Positions 24,053 to 35,400 of a DNA stretch of 64,000 bases are shown here, piece after piece. The DNA comes from Macrostomum lignano. Its lineage: Eukaryota. Made by a program: the position numbers and the translations under genes. How positions within the stretch are numbered: position 1 is the stretch's first letter; the number at the start of each line of letters is the position of its first letter. The DNA lies in the NCBI GenBank assembly GCA_002269645.1, contig NIVC01000558.1, positions 186,001-250,000 of the forward strand. Reading direction: 5' to 3'. The notes below the pieces were generated by a model. The model had not been told where the DNA came from. It made no database searches and worked only from the letters and a program-made list of their open reading frames with translations.

Positions 24053-25983
24053 TTGGTGACAGCGGTGCGGGCTCGAAGCACCCGTACAACCTGCGTTCCC
24101 AAGACGGGGCGCTCGGAGAAGGCTCCGAAGACAATGCTGAAGAAGCCAGCGGAATCCAAGATTCAGCTACGCTGGAGGGCGCGAATCTGATGAAGACAAT
24201 GAAGATGCTCCTGACGCACCAGAGTCAGCAGCTACAAGAAATGACTCGCGCGCAAGAAAGACAGTCAGCATTCTACCTGGAGCAACTGGCTCGTCAGCAA
24301 GCGGAGTTCACGAAGCTCCTGGCCGAGTCTAAGCCACGACCACAAGCAGCGGAGCCCAAGCTGTTTAAGCTGACGGACTCTGGTGACATCGAGGCATTCC
24401 TGATGACCTTCGAAAGGGCAGCGGCATCGTGTGGATGGCAAAAGTCAGAGTGGACGATTCGGCTGGCACCGCTACTGACGGGCGTTGCGCAGAGCGCATT
24501 CCACAGTCTGACGACAGCGGCGAGCGCGTACTACGACTTGGCAAAGGCGACCATCTTAGCGAGATACAACATCGGCGAGGAGACCTACCGACAGCGATTT
24601 CGGTCTTTGCGGAAGGCGCCTGAAGAGACCTTCCAGGTGTTCGCAACGAAGCTGGAAGACCTGTTTGTCCGATGGATGACAGCTGGGCTGGACGAGGATC
24701 AGAGAGAGGAACTGATAAGTGGCGACTCCATCGTCAGGCAGAAAGTGCTTCTGGAGCAGTTTACGGACTCTCTGACAAGAGGACTCCAGGTGTGGATGCG
24801 AGAGAGAAAACCGAAGGACATCAAAGAGGCTGCGAAACTGGCCGATGACTACGCAATGGCAAGAAACAGCGACAAGGGCGGCGGAACACCAGGACACCCG
24901 AGCCAAGAGACCGCTGAGGGGGCGACGGCGTCCAATGCTGTGGACAAACAAAGGACGATTCAGAGACCGCAAAGCCTAAAGCCTAAGATTAGCTGCTTCA
25001 ACTGCGGAGGCCCCCACAAGAAGTTTCAGTGTACCAACAAGCCCGCCAATGTCCACTTGGCCTCAGAGGAAAGAGCTATGGATGCTGCTTCGGGCAGGTT
25101 CATTACCGGACATGCGGATGGCAAAGAACTGCGGTTCCTGATGGATACTGGAGCTGATCGAACTACGATTCGGCGTAGCTGTCTGCCTGAAAACATTAAT
25201 TGGACAGGACATCATGCATTATTGCGTTGTTTTGGCGGCGACGTACACCGTCTTCCAATCGCTAAAGTGGAGCTGCACCTAAAGGGCTACAATAGAACCA
25301 CTGAGGTTTGTGTGGCTGACTCACTACCCGTAAGCGCGCTGGTTGGACTGGATTTGATTAGCCAGCTCAAGTTGGAGGGTGGAGACGCCCCGAGTACAGT
25401 GCTTGGAAGAGAGACGCGCGAGGGGGTTCACGGCCATAGATAAAGTATACATAGATTCCACCCCTGCCCCCGCGGAGTGTCTAAATTGTGACCATCACTT
25501 TATTCACTGCGCTCCTATTGGCTGGGCCACGCTATGCACATTGAGTCCACGTGTGTACATTCCCCCAACTCCGGAACACTTGCGTGTCGACTTCATTCTT
25601 GCTAAACTGTTGAAACTGGTAAGACATCCTTTCGTTCCGCGCATTAAAGTTATAAAGCTTTCTTGTGTGGAAGGGGTGAGGGAATGAAATCGAAGGGGTT
25701 GAAAGGAAGGCTTTCGCGCCAGCCAATGAGAGCACGGTGAGTTTTATGGTGGTCAAAGTTTGGACACGAGCGTGTGTACATTCTGGGCAGGGGTGGAATC
25801 TATGTATACTTTATCTATGTTCACGGCCAACCCCTCTCAGCCAATGAGAGAGAAGGGGTGGGTGCGCCGCACCGCCCAATGCCCCAGTCAGAGGGGGACG
25901 AGAGGCTTTTCGCGGAGGGCATCGTGGCTAGCGGCCTTAACCAGATCGATCCGGAGCCGGCTGGCAAAAAAAATCAAGAATAA
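24010..25983 (+). pseudogene. gag (SCAN-like region, CCHC knuckle) and aspartic protease, interrupted by a MITE
   Basis: ETYRQRFR..EQF..SL..LQVWMRERKP..EAAKLADDY; CFNCGGPHKKFQC; LMDTGADRT. Removing the 393-bp MITE+TSD restores the frame to a stop at 25983. The first ATG is at 24190. Confidence 0.85.
25435..25819. mobile_element. 385-bp MITE with 35-bp perfect TIRs and 8-bp TSD (P-superfamily-like)
   Basis: TIR CATAGATAAAGTATACATAGATTCCACCCCTGCCC at 25435-25469 and its reverse complement at 25785-25819. TTCACGGC is duplicated at 25427-25434 and 25820-25827. Confidence 0.92.
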
Positions 25984-28723
25984 CTAGAGCCCAAGCGCGT
26001 AAACAACGGCAAGAGTACAACAAAACGAGACAAGAAACTGCAATGCGCCCTATAACATTGGATTACGAGGCGGCCCTACAAGACGACAAGGAGTTGCAAG
26101 CAGCGGTACAAACCAACGACTTGGTGAAGGAAAGCCGCGGCAGACTGTTTCGGCATCAAGCAGCTGGAGAGGACCAACTGGTGCTTCCGAAGGCTCTGCG
26201 TGCTACGGCGCTGTCCCAGGCCCATGAGAGTGCATTCGCTGGCCACTTGGGAACAAGGAAGACTTGTCAACGACTGGAACAGCGATTCTGGTGGCCAACG
26301 ATGACAAAGGACGTGAAGGACTTCGTAGCAACGTGCGACAAGTGTCAGAAGACGGCTCGAGTCCCAGGCTATCACAAGGTACCACTAGTCCAAGTGCCTG
26401 GAGTGGAGGAGGCCTTCACCAAAGTTATCATCGATATCAGTGGACCGTATACGAGGACTGCGAGTGGTCACCAGTACATCCTGTCGATTATCGATGCGGC
26501 TACTCGATTCCCGAAGGAGTCCCGCTGCGAAAGATCGACGCTGAGTCTGTAGCGAAGGCATTGGTGGACTGCTTCGTGAGGACCGGATTCCCGAGGGAGA
26601 TCCAGAGCGATAAGGGTACTAACTTTTCATCAGCACTGCTGCAGGCCCTGTACCGGTGTACCGGGGTCGAGGGCATCCAGTCGACGCCGTACCATCCGCA
26701 AAGCCAGGCGTTGGTGGAGAGGTTCCACGGCACTCTCAAGAATATGTTGAGGAGACTACCAGCTCGCGAGAAAAATAAGTGGGACCAGTACCTACCGTTT
26801 CTGCTGTTCGCCATTCGGGAGGTGCCCAACGAAACAACTGGCTTCTCCCCATTCGAACTGCTGTACGGACGCACTGTGCGGGGACCGCTAGATCTACTGT
26901 GGCAGACCTGGGATGAGCAGCTCTCCGAAGAGAAGAAGGACATCATCTCGTTCGTGCTGGCCCAGAGAGACCGACTGCGGGCTGGCCAGGAAGCGGCACG
27001 GAACAGCGAAGAGCTAGCACGGAAGCGTCAGAAACTCTGGTACGACCGGCAGTCGCGGGAACGAGAGTTGCAGCCCGGAGATCAGGTGCTGCTGCTGCTG
27101 CCATCGTCATCCAAGAAGCTTCACGCTGAATGGCGCGGTCCCTATGAAGTACTGGAGAGGTGCAGCAATGTGAACTACCGGATCCGGATGGGCCCTGCGA
27201 CAAACACGTTTCATGTCAACCTGCTTAAGAAGTACAATTCACGGGAGACGGTTTTGATGCAGCTTCCAGCGGCAGCTACGAGTGCTCCTGAGTTGTCCGA
27301 ACATCTGACACCGGCCGAGAGAGATCGTCTCCTGCAGCTGGTGCAGGACTTCGCGGGCGTCTTCAGCGAGATCCCGGGCAGGACTGACCTAGTGGAGCAC
27401 CGTATCCGGACGACATCTGACCGCGTAGTGCGCATCCGGCCGCGACGGGAGCCGCAGGCGCATCAGCAGGTGCTCCAAGAGGAGATTCAACGCATGCTGG
27501 ACCTCGGGGTGATCGAACCATCTGACAGTGACTACTGCTCCCCGGTCTGTCTGGTGGCCAAGAAAGACAGCTCAGTCCGGTTCACTGTCAACTTCAAGGC
27601 GCTGAATGAGCTTGTGGCCTTCGACTCGTATCCGATGAAGAACATCGAGAACCTACTGGAGCGGGTCGCCAAGGCCAAGTTCATATCTAAGCTAGACTGC
27701 TGCAAGGGCTACTGGCAAATTCCACTGTACGAGGATTCAAAGCGATTGACGGCTTTCGCGGCCTGCGGCAAGCTGTATCAATTTACTGTGATGCCCATGG
27801 GCTTAAACTGCAGCAGCGCGACGTACCAAAGGCTCATGGACAAGCTGTTCCAAGGGCTGGACAACGCGGACTCCTACATCGATGACATCGCCGTGTTTAG
27901 CGCGACTTTCGAGCAGCACGTCGAGGACCTGAGAGAAGTGTTCGGTCGCCTTAAGGCTGCCGGTCTAACGGTGCAGCCCCGAAAGTGCTACCTGGGCGGC
28001 AACTCTGCTGACTACCTGGGTTTCAAGCTCGGCGGAGGCGAGATCGGTACAAGCGAGGACCGAGTGCCGACAATCACGGCGCTGGCTCAGCCCCGGACCA
28101 AGGCTCAGCTGCGATCTGTGCTCGGAGTGCTCAACCACTACCGTCGGTTCGTGCCCGATTACTCAGAAAAGGTGGCGGCCCTGACGGACCTCACGAAGAA
28201 GTCGGCACCCGATGACCTGACGGCGGCCTGGGGAGAGCAGCAGACACGAGCCTTCGAGGCAGTGAAATCTCTGCTGGCGAGCGAGCCGATGCTGCGCGCG
28301 CCGGACTACAGTCGGCAGTTTATCTTGGAGACTGACAGCTCGGAGACTGGGATCGGCGCGGTGCTAACGCAAGAACTCGAGGACGGCATCCATCCCGTGC
28401 TCTTCGTATCTCGGCGGTTGACTTCGGCGGAGTGGAGCTACGCGACGATCGAGAAGAAGTGCCTCGCCGTGCGCTGGGCGGTCAAGAAGCTGCGGCACTA
28501 CCTGCTAGGCCGCCGGTTCGTCATCAAGTCCGACCATAAGCCGCTGCAGTACCTGCAGATGGACCACGCCAACCCACGACTCCAGCGGTGGGCCTTCTAT
28601 CTGTCCGGCTATGACTACGAGATCCAGTACCAGCCAGGCGAAAGCAACACGGTGGCCGATGGTCTCAGCAGGATCTGGGCTAGTGACCGACCAAGTGATT
28701 TAGTGACCGACCAAGTGATTTAG
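25984..28723 (+). pseudogene. pol: integrase (HHCC, DDE, GPY), RT, RNase H; one frameshift in the integrase core near 26513
   Basis: AHESAFAGHLG..CDKC; IIDISGP; DAATRFP then a frame change to EGVPLRK..IQSDKGTNF..VERFHGTLK; WRGPYEV; SYIDDIAVFS; ETDSSETGIGAVL..SDHKPL..VADGLSR. Confidence 0.9.
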
Positions 28724-28760
28724 TGACTGACCAAGTGATTTAGAGACTGACTGAGCGATT
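28681..28760 (+). repeat. 20-bp tandem repeat x4 at the end of pol / 3' UTR
   Basis: Unit TAGTGACCGACCAAGTGATT. Confidence 0.85.
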
Positions 28761-28889
28761 TAACTTTTATTCAAGTCATTAGTGGCCAAGTTTGGATTGT
28801 TTTTTTTTGTAAGACTTATCCGAACTTTGCGTGACCCTGCGATTGATTTTGGCTTGCGATTTTTCCGGCTTCGATCTTTTAAAGGAGGG

Positions 28890-29048
28890 TGTGACGGTGG
28901 ACTTTTCTTTGTGCCACCCCATTTTTGATAAGTCTATAAATAGACCTGGTGCGCGCCAGAGGGCGATACTTGTTTTTCTCTTTGTTGCGGCTCAGTTAGG
29001 AGCCTTTAGACAATCATCTTATTCTTATTTATTTACAAGAATGCAACA
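28890..29048 (+). repeat. 3' LTR (159 bp)
   Basis: Matches the 5' LTR at 155/159 positions. Confidence 0.95.
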
Positions 29049-29532
29049 GTGCGATACGAAAAAACCATGCAGGCCATCTTTCGCCTAAACATGGACGACC
29101 TATTGATTGTCGCATGCAAATATAGGGGGCGGGTGGAATTTTTGAATAAAGCTACTCTCCCGCTATCTCATTTAGAACTCCGCTTATCGTACAGCGGTGC
29201 TGCTCCACATCGACACTGCCCTGTCATTTAACACTGCCCTTTCATTAAACGCTGCCCTCCGTCTCTATATTACAAGTGCGTCAAAGTTGAACTAACCCAT
29301 ACTGATCTTGAAGATAAAGAAAAGAATCGGCCTCAGTCCATTTAAACAAATTTCTCTGCACAGGGAGAGCTCAGAGATTTCAGTCCGTGACAGCGGCACT
29401 TTTGCTGCTGCTGCTGAGCTGGCAGGCAAATTCGCTTGAAGAAGAGCAAAGCACTCAGTTTGAAGCCGTGTGGAACAGCTGCGGCAGACAGCAGATCGGC
29501 AGAGAAGCGCTGCTAGGAGAAGCAGTGTAGCC

Positions 29533-31313
29533 ATGGCAACACAGATGGAGCGGAAGCTGAGAGCGGCGCTGGAGGCTGGAGACAGCGAGGAGCTGCAGCG
29601 ACTGTGCGGTGAGGTCGGCAGCAACATCGAGCTGGATGTGGGCGGGTTCGACAAGCAAGACTATCCCTTTGAAGAGGTTCGCCGAATGCCGCTGGCCCAT
29701 CACGTGGCCTGCAAGCCGGTGAGCTCGTCGTGCCTGGAGCTGCTGATTGACAGATTCGGAACCGGCTGTCTGACATATGGAAATGGTAGGCTTATTCGTG
29801 AGACTCCAGTGCACTTGGCTGCCCAGCATCAGGACGAATCTTGGATGAAGCTGGTTAAAGAGAAGGGAGGCAGAGGCTGCTTGAGAATTGCCAATGAAGA
29901 TGGAAAGACAGTCGCTCACTTTGCCGCTATGAACAGAAAAAGCAACTCTTGTCTGAAGTGGCTGGTGAAGGAGCTCGGCAGCGACTGTCTCACAGTTCCT
30001 GACAAATACGGTAACACGGCCGTCCATTTGTCCGCTGAGCATCAGGGCATCGAGTCGCTGGAGTGGATCAAGAGACAGATCGGAACTGACTGCTTTCGGC
30101 TAAACGGAGGGTTCTGGAAGAGAACGGCATTTCACTTTGCTGCTCAGAAGTCTGACAATTCAAATCTGAAGTGGCTGGTGAAGGAGGTCGGCAGCGACTG
30201 TCTCACAGTTCCTGACAAAGACGGTAACACGGCCGTCCATTTGGCTGCTTGGCATCAGGGCATCGAGTCGCTGGAGTGGATCAAGAGACAGATCGGAACT
30301 GACTGCTTTCGGCTGAAGACAAAGAGTAATAGAACAGCATTTCAATTTGCTGCTGAGAAGTCTGACAATTCAAAACTGAAGTGGCTGGTGAAGGAGCTCG
30401 GCAGCGACTGTCTCACAGTTCCTGACGAATACGGTAACACGGCCGTCCATTTGGCCGCTCAGCATCAGGGCATCGAGTCGCTGGAGTGGATCAAGAGACA
30501 GATCGGAGCTGACTGCTTTCGGCTGAAGGGATTGTTGGATAGAACAGCATTTCAATTTGCTGCTGAGAAGTCTGACAATTCAAATCTGAAGTGGCTGGTG
30601 AAGGAGCTCGGCAGCGACTGTCTCACAGTTCCTGACTCTAGAGGTGACACGGCCGTCCATTTGGCGGCTCAGCATCAGGGCATCGAGTCGCTGGAGTGGA
30701 TCAAGAGACAGATCGGAACTGACTGCTTTCGGCTGAAAGGAAGGCTCGATAGAACAGCATTTCACTTTGCTGCTAAAAAGTCTGACAATTCAAATCTGAA
30801 GTGGCTGGTGAAGGAGCTCGGCAACGACTGTCTCACAGTTCCTGACAGTTACGGTAACACGGCCGTCCATTTGGCCGCTAAGCATCAGGGCATCGAGTCG
30901 CTGGAGTGGATCAAGAGACAGATCGGAGCTGACTGCTTTCGGCTGAAGGGATGGTTGGATAAAACGGCATTTCACTTTGCTGCTGAGAAGTCTGACAATT
31001 CAAATCTGAAGTGGCTGGTGAAGGAGCTCGGCAGCCACTGTCTCACAGTTCCTGACGAATACGGTAACACGGCCGTCCATTTGGCCGCTCGGCATCAGCC
31101 AGTCGACTCTCTGCAGTTCATTTTTGACCAAATCGGAGCCGAAATGTTCAGCTTGAAGAACAACAGGGGCGAAACACCGGCTGATGTTGTTGCGAGTCGG
31201 TGGTGCTACGCAGACCAGTCAGAAAAGCGGGACTGGATTTCTTCCACGCAGCGGCGGCTCGAAGCCTCTCGGCCTCCCGCTGGCAGCTCAGCGCCGACTG
31301 CCGCCTCAGCTGG
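29533..31313 (+). CDS. Ankyrin-repeat exon built from ~210-bp two-repeat (70-aa) units; spliced at its 3' end
   Basis: GCCATGG start. About 5.5 units of LKWLVKELGSDCLTVPDxxGNTAVHLAAxHQGIES / LEWIKRQIGxDCFRLKxxxxRTAFxFAAxKSDNSN. Ends GG|GTGAGT (phase 2). Confidence 0.88.
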
Positions 31314-31800
31314 GTGAGTCCTGACTGAGAGCTGCTGCCTGACACTGAAAATACTGAAAATATTGTTTGGCGAAAATTCATTGCGCTTTGATGATCGGCG
31401 CCCTGAAATTCTCAGCAGCGCCGCAGTCAAGCGAGGGCGTCATGAATCTGTCAGTGCAGCTCCTCATGGCGCCTCCAATCTCCCCATGGCGCCCCCAACC
31501 TCCCCAAGGCCACCCCAACTTCCCCATGGCGCCTCTAATCTCCACAAAGCGCCCCCAAACTTCCCACAGCTCGATTCCAGGAGTTTTTTAACACAAAGCA
31601 TCAGCGAGTTCAAGTGCCATCAAAGTCTCCGAAGTTTCAAACTCTCCGATTTTAGTCTGAATGTACTTGGTGTGATGTTCAAAATATTGGCACTTGAATG
31701 ATTTGAGAGCCTCCAATCTCTTCGTGGCGCCGCAATCTCCCGATCGCGCCCCAATGTCCACATAGCGCCACCCAAAGCTCAATCTGCAAGGCTTTTTATA

Positions 31801-32300
31801 CACGAAGCATTAGCAGAGTTTAAGTGCCGCCTTGGCGACCCAGACATGTTTAACGGGCTCACTCGTAAAACTCTTCCTACAGCGCTGCAGCTCCGCGTCC
31901 CCGCCCACGAGCTCGACAGAGCCTCCAGCCGCCTGGGCCGACTCCGGTCGGACTGCCTGAGGAGACTCGGTGAGAAATGATGAGGCGACAGTTGGTGATG
32001 GTGAACTCGTCAAAACCTGCAGTCTGAGCGCAGGCAACCAGCCAAAAGGAACCTGGCACTTCATGGCGCCCGAGGATGCTCATGGCAGAGGGATGGTGAC
32101 GCAGAAGGGTGGTGACGCAGAAGGGTGGTGACGCAGAAGGGTGGTGACGCAGAAGGGTGGTGACGCAGAAGGGTGGTGACGCAGAAGGGTGGTGACGCAG
32201 AAGGGTGGTGACGCAGAAGGGTGGTGACGCAGAAGGGTGGTGACGCAGAAGGGTGGTGACGCAGAAGGGTGGTGACGCAGAAGGGTGGTGACGCACAAGG
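31801..32300 (+). repeat. ~500-bp direct repeat, copy 2 (16-bp minisatellite x ~12)
   Basis: Matches 23019-23518. Confidence 0.92.
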
Positions 32301-32411
32301 GTGAGTGACTCTAAAGTACTCAGAAAGCCCCAAGCAATATACCAATATATAGCGTAGCGTCGAGGAGTGTTAGCTCGTTTCTGCCCTCTGCAGCCCATCA
32401 ATATTAGTGTT

Positions 32412-35400
32412 ATACGAGTGGAACTCCTCCTCTGGAGGAGAAAGGGGAAGAACTCCCAACACCGGAATTCTGAAGGGGAAGAACTCCTATCAGCTGAAAT
32501 TCCATGAATTGAATCCCATCTTCCAAATCATCTCCAAATCCTCTACAATCTATCAACTCCCATCTCTCATCTCTTGCGCCCTGCGCTCTGATTTTTATTT
32601 TTACTCTATTCTTTCTCCTCACTAATTACTCCTCTCTACACTTTCATCTCTCTCATCTCTGATCTTTCATCTCTCTTCTCCCTCCTCTCTCCCTTCTCTC
32701 GCTTCTCTCTCTCCTCTATTCCTGATCTTCTCGCTTATCTCTTCTCTCTCATTTCTCATCTCTACTCCCTTATTTTTCTCTTCTCCCTCGTCTTTCGTCT
32801 GTACCCTCTCCTGTCTACTCTCCTATCTTCTCTCTTATCTCTCCACTTTTCTCTCCTCTCTCATATCTCATCTCTACTCACTTATCTATTGTATCCGCTC
32901 TACTTTCTCTCTTCCCTTTTTTCTCTTCTCTCTTGTCTCCTCTCCTCTCTTTTCTCTCCTCTCCATTCTCTCTTCTCTCCTCTCATCTCCCCTCATCTCT
33001 TCTCTAATCTCGAATCTCTCCTCTCTGATATCTCTTCTCTACTCACTTATCTATTCTCTCTCCTCTGCTCCCCTTTTACACTTTCCTATATGCTCTCACT
33101 CCCATCCTCTCCTTTCTTATCTCCTGTTTTTTACACTCCGTTCTACCACCTGTCTCCTCTCGTTTCTCTCCTCTCTGCACTCACATCTTTACTCTCTTCT
33201 TTCTCCTCACTACTTTCTTCTCTTAAATCTCTGATCTTTGATCTTTCATCTCTCTCCTCTCACTTCTCACCTCTCTCCTCTCTTTCCTCTCTTTTATTTC
33301 CTCTGTAAGCTCTTATCCCTCATCTATTCTCTCTCCTATCATCTCTCTTGTCTCCCTTTGCTATCGAGTGGAACTCCTCCTCTGGAGGAGAAAGGGGAAG
33401 AACTCCCAACACCGGAATTCTGAAGCAATATAAGTTTCTCCTCTCAAAGTTTAAAACTCGAGGAACAGTTAGCGTTTGAAACTGTCTGATTTATAGCATT
33501 GAAGTATCGAGTGTACGTTCACTGCCTGCTTGCAAGTTGATGCATTGAATTTCAATGTCCAACAAATACACAGGGCTGCCCATTGAGAGGCAGGAAAACT
33601 TATCAGTAGCCATATCATTGCGCAATTATCTATACAGTCAGCCAGTAAGCCAGGGTCCAAGTGTACACACGCAGCCACTGAGAACGCTCCCACCCCCCAC
33701 TGGAAAAAAAATACACTACAGAGATAGGGAAAAGTTGTGGCGCAATCACTAAAAATTCGTGCATTTTTCAGCTCCAAGCAGAAAGAGGGGACAATTAAGA
33801 TTATCAAAGGTCAAGATTCAAGTTTTCTGCTTTTTTAGGGATCTTAACAATCGAAAATAAAATATTAAAATAGCCTATAGCCGACCTCGGATAATTTCCA
33901 ATCTTCCCATATAAGTTTCAACGCTGAGTTGCCACTATTCAAGGAGGAGTTGTCGAAATGACAGACACACAGACAGACATACAGACAAACAACACGTCAA
34001 CTTTAGTATATAAGTGGAACTCCTCCTTCAGAGGAGAAAGGGGAAGAACTCCCATCACCGGAATTCCATTCCCTGAAATCCATCAGCTGAAACTCCATGA
34101 CTTGAATCCCATCTTCCAAATCGTCTCCAAATTCTTTACAAAACCTTTGAAAGACCATAGCTCAAAGACTCTTACGTCTCTCATATCTCCTCTCTCCTCT
34201 CTTCGCTATTATCGTGACTCTCTTCTCTCTCCTCTCTCTCATCTCATCTCTACCCCTACTCCCTTATTTATATCTTCTCCCTGGTCTTTCGTCTCTACTC
34301 TCTCCTGTCTCATTTCTCCCCTCTTTTCTCCTCTCTTCTCTCTCCCCTCTCCTCCCTCATCTCTCATCCTTCATCTCACTCTTTCTTTCTTCTCTACTCT
34401 CCCCTCTCTTCTATTTCCCCTGTACGCTCTTATCCCTCATCTCTATTCTCTCTCCTATCATCTCTCCAAATTCTTTACAAAACCTTTCAAAGACCATAGC
34501 TCAAAGACTCTCACGTCTCTCATATCTCCTCTCTCATATCTCTTCCCTCATCTCACTCTTTCTTTCTCCTCTACTCTCCCCTCTCTTCTATTTCCTCTGT
34601 ACGCTCTTATCCGTCATCTATTCTCTTTCCTATTATCTCTCTTGTCTCCCTCTGCTATCTCATATCTCCCCTCTCATCTCCTCTCTCCTCTTCTCTTCTC
34701 TCTCCCTCTTCGTTTCCGCCTTACTCCCCTCTTCTCTTCCATCGGTCATGTCTAATCTATCCACTCATTTCTACTCTGTTTTATACCATCTCATGTCTCT
34801 TCTCTTTTTGATCTTCTCTTTACTCTCTTTTATGACTGATTGAAGATGCCAAATCTATCAAGATCCTCTCCGCGAAGCAGAAATCCTCTCCGTGAAACTG
34901 AAAACCATTGAAATCCTCTCCGCGAAACAGAAATCCTCTCCGTGAAACTGAAAACCATCGAAATTATCTCTTTAAAACTGGACTCAATCGAAATTTTCTC
35001 CGTCAAAAAGAATAAAATATTAGGATTCATTGGTTAGGGTTATTGTTAGGGTTAGGGTTAGGGTTAGAGGTACACACAGCTGCGTGTTTAAATAAAAAAT
35101 TGAGCCAATTGAATCAATTGATTGCGCAACCGATTTCAAAGTCAGTCAGTATCAGTCTCAGGTAAAGTAAACCAAAAGATTGCGCAATTTAAATCAACCC
35201 TCCAGTACACAGAGACCGGCCCCTTTTCAATACGCAGTGGCAGTTAGAAATTGAACCCGGGTGTTGGGGGCATTGAACTAAAAATGAGTACAATCTTTGC
35301 AGAAAGCTAAAAGTATGGAAATAGTTTTTGTATGCTGTGCTTTTAGTCTTTATATTTAAAGCAAACAATTTATATCCTCGAACTCAGCGTTGCAAGATCT

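Larger units (their letters stand above)
23894..29048 (+). mobile_element. Ty3/Gypsy LTR retrotransposon, Gmr1-like (gag-PR-IN-RT-RH), disrupted
   Basis: 159-bp LTRs TG...CA with 4 mismatches; PBS TGGTGACAGCGGTG at 24054; PPT AAAGGAGGG before 28890; flanks GTACG / GTGCG. Gypsy-type RT (YIDD) and RNase H lie downstream of the integrase. Confidence 0.93.

Noticed and set aside
35033-35067. Chromosome end or telomere-fusion site
   Set aside because: The tracts are short, all in one orientation and embedded at the same place in each repeat unit, with no head-to-head TTAGGG/CCCTAA junction.
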